A model generated the notes under the pieces. That model saw only the letters and a list, made by a program, of their open reading frames with translations, did no database searches and was not told where the DNA came from. A program made the position numbers and the translations under genes. DNA of 62,961 bases, counting the filler. It is 5 parts of 5 records of this genome, joined end to end, with 100 filler letters (N's around TTAATTAATTAA, not from the genome) between each part and the next. Parts side by side here need not be neighbours in the genome. Positions count along the whole stretch, not along the records: positions 56,150 to 62,961 come from SRR31156797_6579; 4 more parts are not named here. The stretch is one strand, 5' to 3'. Of the stretch, positions 56,834-62,961 are shown piece after piece. The first letter of the stretch is position 1. The number at the start of each line of letters is the position of its first letter.

Positions 56834-59800
56834 TCAGGATCTTTTTTCTATTACGTTTTCAATGATCTCCATAAGAGATTTGACATTGATCGGTTTTGAC
56901 AAATGTCCATCCAAAGCATCCGTTAGTTCTTTATTCCTAATAAAATCAAGTGTATTGTCACTGATACCAACAATAGGTATCATGTTCTCTTTCTTTATCT
57001 CCTTGACCATATCGCAGGTAAAACCAAGCATATCAGTATCAACAAGTAACATATCCGGATCATATTTCTTCAAATAAGCCAGAATATCTCCAGTGTTCGT
57101 TGCTCTTATAAGTTGATATTTTCCTTTCAGCACAACATCAAGTAAAACATAAGAACTTTCATCATCCTCTGCGATCAATAAAGTATAGGGATTCTCGGCT
57201 ACACCATCTATAATTTCATTTGCAGAGGGTTCAATCTCAGCTATATCTATCTTAGCTTTCTTGTATTTGATCGTAAAAAAAGCTGTGCTTCCTTGTCCGG
57301 GTGTAGAATCCATCCATATCCGCCCGCCCATTTTCTCGATCACGGCTTGTGAGATCGATAATCCAAGTCCGGTACCGCTTGAAAAGGGATCAACCTGTAT
57401 GAAGCGTTCAAAGACTTTCTCGAGCATATCTTTTTCAATACCAATGCCGGTGTCCTTGACATAGAACTCAATTTCATCCCGTTTGATCATGTATCCTAGC
57501 TCAATACGCCCTTCATTTGTGAATTTTATGGCGTTCGATAGCAAATTCATTAAAATTTGCTTTAAACGCATTTGATCCAGCTGAACATTGCTGGCTTGAA
57601 CATCGGCAAGTTCAAGCACAACAGTTGGAGGCAGATTGATCTTAACCTGATCTATAAGGTTTTCACATAGAGATAATAAATTACATGATTCAACATGCAT
57701 GACCAGCGAATCGGTTTCTATCCGTGAGATCTCAAGTATATCATTGATCAGTTTAAGTAAAAGATCATTATTTTCGTTAATAAATGAAAGATACTTTCGT
57801 TTATCTTCCAGACTTAAGTTCTCACGCCCCAGTAAATTTGAAAATCCGACAATACCATTTAAAGGTGTTCTGATCTCATGCGATATATTTGAGATGAATG
57901 CTGACTTCAATTGATCGGACTCTTCAGCTTTCTCCTTTGCTTTGATCAACTCCTCTTCCTGGCGTTTACGATCTTCGATATTCATCATGAACCCGTCGAT
58001 CGCCAGACCTTTTCCATTCTCATCGCGCGAGGAGATAACACCTCGAACTTCAACCCAGGTATCTTTGCCGGAAAACGACATTCTCAATTCGGATAAGATC
58101 GTATCACGTACACCCAGAATAGCTTCATTAACTTCTCCAATAAATGCATTTGCATCTTCAGGGTGTACCGAATTCAAATAATAATTGGAGTCTTTGGGAT
58201 CCTCTTCCAATGTCGATGGATCAATATCCAGAGCCAACCAGAAATTATCGTCTTTGTTTAGGATATTATTAACAAGATCCCATTCCCAGTACGAGTTGCG
58301 GCTATTCTGAAGAGTTTCATTCAATCTGGCTTTACTGACCCTTATCTCTTCTTCATGTTGCTTTCTAAGAGTGATATCATTGATGATCGAATAAATAAAT
58401 GTTTTGTCATTCTCTTTAAGAATACTCAAAATAACTTGAGCATAAAATGTACTTCGATCATTCTTGAACATTTCCATCTCAAAAGGAGCTTTCAGAAGAT
58501 TATCCAGATTCGCTTTCAGCTCATTAAAATTGTTAAAATATTTGTTTAATGGATAGTTTAGAAACTTTGCTTTAGGCACTTCAAAAAGGTTCAATGCCTT
58601 GTCGTTAAAAGCGATAACATTACTGCTCTCCAATTCAAAGATCACGATAGCGGAGTTGGATTGTTCGAATAATATGTTGTATCTATTTGCCAATTGTTTG
58701 GTTTTCTCAGTCATTTCGGTTCGCTGAGCTTCAAAATTGCGATATCTGAAGTGATAAAGCAGCAAAAGCCAGAACATTACGAACATAAGAATGATCAAAC
58801 CTAATGTTAAAAAGAAGAAAGTTCTATACTGGCTATACACTGTCTGAGGTTTATTTACGATCGTGGATCCCTTGGGAAGATCCCATTGTTTAATATTCCA
58901 TCTATTCAGCTCTTCCCAATTAAAACGATACGTATTCTTATCACTGACTCTGTCCAGATCTTCCAATAATTCACCAAACAGCAATTGGATACCAAGTTCT
59001 GCTGCCAGTTTTCCCTGTGTAAAGGGACTGGTAACAAATCCACCCAGAAAGGCATTTGAAACACCTAGATCCATAACGGTTAAAATAGGTGAATTACACA
59101 CTTCAGCATATCGCGGATAGTATTTTGCCGGATCCCAATATCTACCCTCACCATCAACCTGCCAGATCGAGAAGATAACAAATGTGTTTTCGGGCAAACT
59201 TGCAAGCGATTGCATTAATTCGGTCGTACTCATTCCGCTATAACCGTTCAGCCAGATAAGATCCTGATCCTTCAAGTCCATGTTTTTTACAGTTTTCTTG
59301 GCGGAATAATAATGTGCTGCTCCCGTTCTTGATCTATCTGAAACAATTGCTATATGCTCGGTATTTGGAAACAACTCTAAACCAAATTCAATATTTTCTT
59401 TGAATGGCAGATATTCTTCTACTCCAATAAACATGCTACAAGTGTCAGCATGACGGGCAATATCATCACTCACACCGCAATAAACGATCGGCATTTGATG
59501 ATATTTATGCCCAATTGCAGACAATGAATAGATCGCATTGTCATCTGATACAATGATCAGATCAAGATAATCCTTGGGATATGCATCGAGTCGTTGTTCT
59601 AAAAATCCTTTCCAGGATTGCCTATCCAATATGCGTTTTGTATCCATATTCTGAATATGGATCTGGACATTCAGGTCACGCTCTTCAAAGGTCTCCAGCA
59701 CACCTTTTGTAATAGCATCTGTCCAGGGATGGCCCTGATGATAAGAATTGAGGATCAAAATATTCTTGCTATAATTAAGGTCCAGTGCTTCTATATTGAC

Positions 59801-59902
59801 ATTTACTGCATTATCAACAGCAAATGAAAGCAGAGGTAAATTAACGAGAACCATCAGATAAATCAAAAGCCACAAAAACCTAATGTTCTTGATCCTACTC
59901 AT
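56834..59902 (-). CDS. Hybrid sensor histidine kinase (ABC substrate-binding-like sensor, TM, two PAS, HisKA, HATPase, receiver)
   Basis: ILILNSYHQG sensor domain; SHEIRTPLNG, NLLSNAIKF, DTGIGI, GTGLGL; C-terminal LLIAEDD receiver. Start uncertain (59902-59959). Confidence 0.93.
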   Translation of the reverse strand: MSRIKNIRFLWLLIYLMVLVNLPLLSFAVDNAVNVNIEALDLNYSKNILILNSYHQGHPWTDAITKGVLETFEERDLNVQIHIQNMDTKRILDRQSWKGFLEQRLDAYPKDYLDLIIVSDDNAIYSLSAIGHKYHQMPIVYCGVSDDIARHADTCSMFIGVEEYLPFKENIEFGLELFPNTEHIAIVSDRSRTGAAHYYSAKKTVKNMDLKDQDLIWLNGYSGMSTTELMQSLASLPENTFVIFSIWQVDGEGRYWDPAKYYPRYAEVCNSPILTVMDLGVSNAFLGGFVTSPFTQGKLAAELGIQLLFGELLEDLDRVSDKNTYRFNWEELNRWNIKQWDLPKGSTIVNKPQTVYSQYRTFFFLTLGLIILMFVMFWLLLLYHFRYRNFEAQRTEMTEKTKQLANRYNILFEQSNSAIVIFELESSNVIAFNDKALNLFEVPKAKFLNYPLNKYFNNFNELKANLDNLLKAPFEMEMFKNDRSTFYAQVILSILKENDKTFIYSIINDITLRKQHEEEIRVSKARLNETLQNSRNSYWEWDLVNNILNKDDNFWLALDIDPSTLEEDPKDSNYYLNSVHPEDANAFIGEVNEAILGVRDTILSELRMSFSGKDTWVEVRGVISSRDENGKGLAIDGFMMNIEDRKRQEEELIKAKEKAEESDQLKSAFISNISHEIRTPLNGIVGFSNLLGRENLSLEDKRKYLSFINENNDLLLKLINDILEISRIETDSLVMHVESCNLLSLCENLIDQVKINLPPTVVLELADVQASNVQLDQMRLKQILMNLLSNAIKFTNEGRIELGYMIKRDEIEFYVKDTGIGIEKDMLEKVFERFIQVDPFSSGTGLGLSISQAVIEKMGGRIWMDSTPGQGSTAFFTIKYKKAKIDIAEIEPSANEIIDGVAENPYTLLIAEDDESSYVLLDVVLKGKYQLIRATNTGDILAYLKKYDPDMLLVDTDMLGFTCDMVKEIKKENMIPIVGISDNTLDFIRNKELTDALDGHLSKPINVKSLMEIIENVIEKRS

Positions 59903-60032
59903 GTATACATCATGGCATTTCATCATATTCTCCTGATATAAACAGGACCTCTCGTGCAATTAATTATTAATATTAATTATAAACTAAATTACATATAAAA
60001 GACAGACTTTTTTAGATCACTGAAACAATATG

Positions 60033-61304
60033 CTACATTTGTATGAGACGTTCTTCCAGGCTGGCCCTATATGCTTTAAGATCAATCTTTTTCCTGGCTA
60101 CCCCGGTGCGAACGGCCGCTTCAGCAACGGCATATGATTCCCAAACAAATACGCGGGGATCAAATGGCTTGGGGATCACGTAATCTTTCCCAAATTCAAA
60201 GTGCTGTCCACCGTAAGCTTTTTCAACTTCCGGTATACACGATTCTTTGGCAAGATCTGCCAGAGCTTTGGTCGCAGCAACCTTCATCTCTTCGTTGATC
60301 GCTGATGCATGCACATCCAATGCACCTCTAAAAATGAAGGGGAATCCCAGCACATTATTCACTTGATTGGGATAATCAGAGCGTCCGGTCCCCGCAAGAG
60401 CATCGGGCCGTACTTTAATGATCTCTTCATATGGGATCTCGGGGGTGGGATTTGCCATGGGGAATAAAATAGGCTTATCTGCCATGGTTTTGATCATTTC
60501 GGAAGTGACCAAACCACCAACCGACAAACCAATAAAGATATCAGCATTTTCAAAGGCTTCAGCCAATGTTGCTTTATCAGTCTCGTTAACGAACTGTCTT
60601 TTTGTTTCGTCAAGTTCATCATATCGCGCTTTATTCAGGATCCCTTTTCTGTCACACATGTAAATATTTTTATGTTTCGCACCCAGTTGTTCATAATGTT
60701 TTGCACATGATATTGCGGCAGCACCGGCACCGGAGATCACGATCTTGCATTCTCCAAGTTCTTTGCCTTGAATTTCACAGGCATTTACCACGGCAGCACC
60801 GGAAATAATGGCAGTTCCATGTTGGTCGTCATGAAAAACCGGAATATTCATTTCTTTGATCAGTGTTTCTTCAATATAAAAGCACTCAGGGGCTTTGATA
60901 TCTTCAAGGTTAATACCACCAAAGGTTGGTTCCATAGCTTTTACTACCTTGATGATCTCGTCAGGATCCTTCGTATCTATTTCAATATCATAAACATCCA
61001 CATCGGCAAAACGTTTGAAAAGAACACCTTTTCCCTCCATAACCGGTTTTCCGGCAGCTGCACCGATATCACCCAGGCCAAGAACTGCCGTTCCGTTCGA
61101 AATAACAGCCACAAGATTGCCCTTATTAGTGTATTTATATACGTCTTGAGGATTCTTCTCAATCTCCAGACAGGGCTCAGCCACACCCGGTGTATATGCC
61201 AGGCTTAATTCTTCTTGAGTTTCACATTTTTTAGTAGCTTTAACTGTCAATTTCCCCGCAATGGGTTCCGCATGATATGCCAGTGCCTGTTTTTTGGTGA
61301 TCAT
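60033..61304 (-). CDS. maeB: NAD(P)-dependent malic enzyme (no PTA domain)
   Basis: [48 protein letters not shown]. Confidence 0.93.
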   Translation of the reverse strand: MITKKQALAYHAEPIAGKLTVKATKKCETQEELSLAYTPGVAEPCLEIEKNPQDVYKYTNKGNLVAVISNGTAVLGLGDIGAAAGKPVMEGKGVLFKRFADVDVYDIEIDTKDPDEIIKVVKAMEPTFGGINLEDIKAPECFYIEETLIKEMNIPVFHDDQHGTAIISGAAVVNACEIQGKELGECKIVISGAGAAAISCAKHYEQLGAKHKNIYMCDRKGILNKARYDELDETKRQFVNETDKATLAEAFENADIFIGLSVGGLVTSEMIKTMADKPILFPMANPTPEIPYEEIIKVRPDALAGTGRSDYPNQVNNVLGFPFIFRGALDVHASAINEEMKVAATKALADLAKESCIPEVEKAYGGQHFEFGKDYVIPKPFDPRVFVWESYAVAEAAVRTGVARKKIDLKAYRASLEERLIQM

Positions 61305-61503
61305 TTTATCTCCGAATGATTTTGTTTCCCTCTAACGCTGGAAAATAATATAAATGATTTTTTTATAAAAGAATTAATCTGTTGAAATGTTGATGCGTGA
61401 TGCGTTGATATTAAGGAACAAATTGTAAAATAGTGATATTGAATAAATGTTTCATTTTTGGCAATTATGCTTTACTTTATGTTAAACAATAATCGGAGCA
61501 GCT

Positions 61504-61677
61504 ATGAAAAAGATCATCAAGTTTTGGGATATCTTACTTGTAGCCTTACTTGGGATCCTGGGCAGCAGTTGCAAGATCAATGAACCGCCTCCCGCTGAAT
61601 ACGGTCCCGAACCTGAGTACGGAGTATATTACTCGACTCAGATCGATATAGAACTTCTTGAAGAGAACGATCGCTAA
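61504..61677 (+). CDS. Radical SAM-associated mini-lipoprotein precursor A (57 aa, two EYG motifs); not in the ORF track
   Basis: Manual translation MKKIIKFWDILLVALLGILGSSCKINEPPPAEYGPEPEYGVYYSTQIDIELLEENDR; GGAG RBS; paralog of the next ORF. Confidence 0.88.
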   Translation: MKKIIKFWDILLVALLGILGSSCKINEPPPAEYGPEPEYGVYYSTQIDIELLEENDR

Positions 61678-61697
61678 AACCTACAGGAAAGATAACA

Positions 61698-61883
61698 ATG
61701 AAGAAGGTAATCAAGATCTGGGATATTATGTTGATCGCTATCATGGGTGTTTTTGGAGCGGGTTGTATCTTAGATCCACCGGCACCCGAATACGGAGTGG
61801 AACCAATGTATGGCGTCCCTGCCGCCGTTCAAGATGCGGATGAAGATAATCAGAAAGAAGCACCCGTAGAATTCACTAAATAA
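61698..61883 (+). CDS. Radical SAM-associated mini-lipoprotein precursor B (61 aa, EYG and MYG motifs)
   Basis: MKKVIKIWDIMLIAIMGVFGAGCILDPPAPEYGVEPMYGVPAA...; lipobox-like Cys23. Confidence 0.88.
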   Translation: MKKVIKIWDIMLIAIMGVFGAGCILDPPAPEYGVEPMYGVPAAVQDADEDNQKEAPVEFTK

Positions 61884-61905
61884 TCCTTATTGATCACATT
61901 TCCAT

Positions 61906-62961
61906 ATGAAGCTAAATAAAAAACTCTTTTTTAATGCTTTTCGCCTATACCGGCATAATCAAGCCCGTCTGCATCAGTTGAATTATTTGTTTTGGGAATG
62001 CACTTTGAAGTGCAATCTGGATTGTGCCCACTGCGGTAGCGATTGCTCTAAAGAAAGCCTGGTCCCCGATATGCCTCTTGATGATTTTTTGAATGTCCTT
62101 GATCGTATCAAAGATGAGTATGATCCGGGTAAGGTCATGGTGGTTCTTACCGGTGGTGAACCCACACTTCGTCCCGACTTGGAACTGGCAGGTAAAGAAT
62201 TCAATAAACGCGGTTTCCCTTGGGGTATGGTTTCCAATGGTTATGCTTTGAACGAAGAGAAATTCAAGGCTTTAAGAATAGCCGGACTTGCCTCTCTGAC
62301 AATTTCATTGGATGGATTGGAAGAAAGCCATGACTGGTTCAGAGGCCGCCAAGGATCATATGAACGTGCATTGAATGCAATCAATATTGCTGCAAAAACC
62401 GACATGACCTTTGACGTAGTAACATGCGTTCATCAACGAAATATCAATGAACTGCCAGCGATCAGAGATATGCTGATAGAAAAAGGTATTAAAAAGTGGC
62501 GCATCTTTATCATCTTCCCAAAGGGGCGTGCAAAAGATAATCCCGACTTGATCCTCAGCGATGAGCAATTCCGTTACATTTATGATTTCATCGTTGAAAT
62601 GCGCAAAGCGGATCAAATAAAAGCCTCTGCCGGCTGTGAAGGTTTTCTTGGAGATTATGAACTTGAAGCCCGCAACTATCCTTTCTTTTGCCGGGCCGGT
62701 ATTCAGATCGGCTCCGTTTTGGCAGATGGCTCCATTTCCGCTTGTCCCAGCTTAAGAGCCGACTATATCCAGGGCAATATTTATCAGGATGATTTTCTGG
62801 ATGTCTGGAACAGCAAATTCCAGGTCATGCGAAAGCGAAAATGGACTAAGACCGGCAAGTGCAAGACATGCAAGGTTTATAAGTATTGTGAAGGTAATGG
62901 CCTGCATTTGAGGGATGAGAAGACAGGCGAGTTGCTTTTGTGTCATTATGAAAAACTGCAG
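61906..62961 (+). CDS. Radical SAM/SPASM peptide maturase (TIGR04133-like, splicease-related); stop codon lies beyond the window; not in the ORF track
   Basis: Manual translation, 352 open codons: FWECTLKCNLDCAHCGSDC, TGGEP, ISLDG, CEGFLG, CRAGI...DGSISACPS, CKTCKVYKYCEGNG...CH (SPASM). Confidence 0.92.
   Translation, partial: MKLNKKLFFNAFRLYRHNQARLHQLNYLFWECTLKCNLDCAHCGSDCSKESLVPDMPLDDFLNVLDRIKDEYDPGKVMVVLTGGEPTLRPDLELAGKEFNKRGFPWGMVSNGYALNEEKFKALRIAGLASLTISLDGLEESHDWFRGRQGSYERALNAINIAAKTDMTFDVVTCVHQRNINELPAIRDMLIEKGIKKWRIFIIFPKGRAKDNPDLILSDEQFRYIYDFIVEMRKADQIKASAGCEGFLGDYELEARNYPFFCRAGIQIGSVLADGSISACPSLRADYIQGNIYQDDFLDVWNSKFQVMRKRKWTKTGKCKTCKVYKYCEGNGLHLRDEKTGELLLCHYEKLQ

Noticed and set aside
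61658-61843. Alternative 61-aa ORF MKRTIAK
   Set aside because: Overlaps precursor B in another frame; precursor B is supported by its paralogy with precursor A.
61983-62946. Three short minus-strand ORFs
   Set aside because: Antisense to the uninterrupted radical SAM frame.
1-62961. CRISPR arrays, rRNA, tRNA, IS transposases
   Set aside because: None recognised by eye; a short tRNA or ncRNA could be missed without tRNAscan or Infernal.

Overview
The window is not one locus. It is five unrelated contigs joined by 100-nt N spacers, each carrying an artificial TTAATTAATTAA linker (30020-30119, 40083-40182, 45919-46018, 56050-56149). (1) 1-30019: Desulfovibrionaceae-like (probably Pseudodesulfovibrio) chromosome. 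It holds rseP-dxr-cdsA-uppS-frr-pyrH-tsf-rpsB, a ParB-like/SPL-like radical SAM pair, an EF-G paralog, plsC, rnj, a cysteine desulfidase-like gene, a CLC channel, gcvH-PA-PB-lpdA, an AT-rich HNH nuclease and nikR-folE2. (2) 30120-40082: archaeal, Methanosarcinales-like head-tail (pro)virus head module (portal, MuF, protease/scaffold, decoration protein, encapsulin-like HK97 capsid). It has no adjacent terminase, a divergent NACHT-HEAT gene, and an inserted FGE/CLec gene whose 3' end looks like a DGR variable region. (3) 40183-45918: Desulfobacterota contig (PaaK-like ligase, cls, NIR/SIR-domain protein, beta-helix protein) ending in intact and decayed toxin-antitoxin genes around a degenerate attC-like site. 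(4) 46019-56049: Desulfovibrionaceae-like contig (TrkA/KtrA, TPR protein, glutaminyl cyclase, CoA activase fusion, protease and TraT-like lipoproteins). (5) 56150-62961: low-GC bacterial contig (HD protein, hybrid kinase, malic enzyme) ending in two tandem ~60-aa lipopeptides, each with two X-Y-G motifs, followed by a radical SAM/SPASM enzyme: a candidate lipidated spliceotide RiPP system. All family and taxon calls come from motif recognition by eye; no searches were run.
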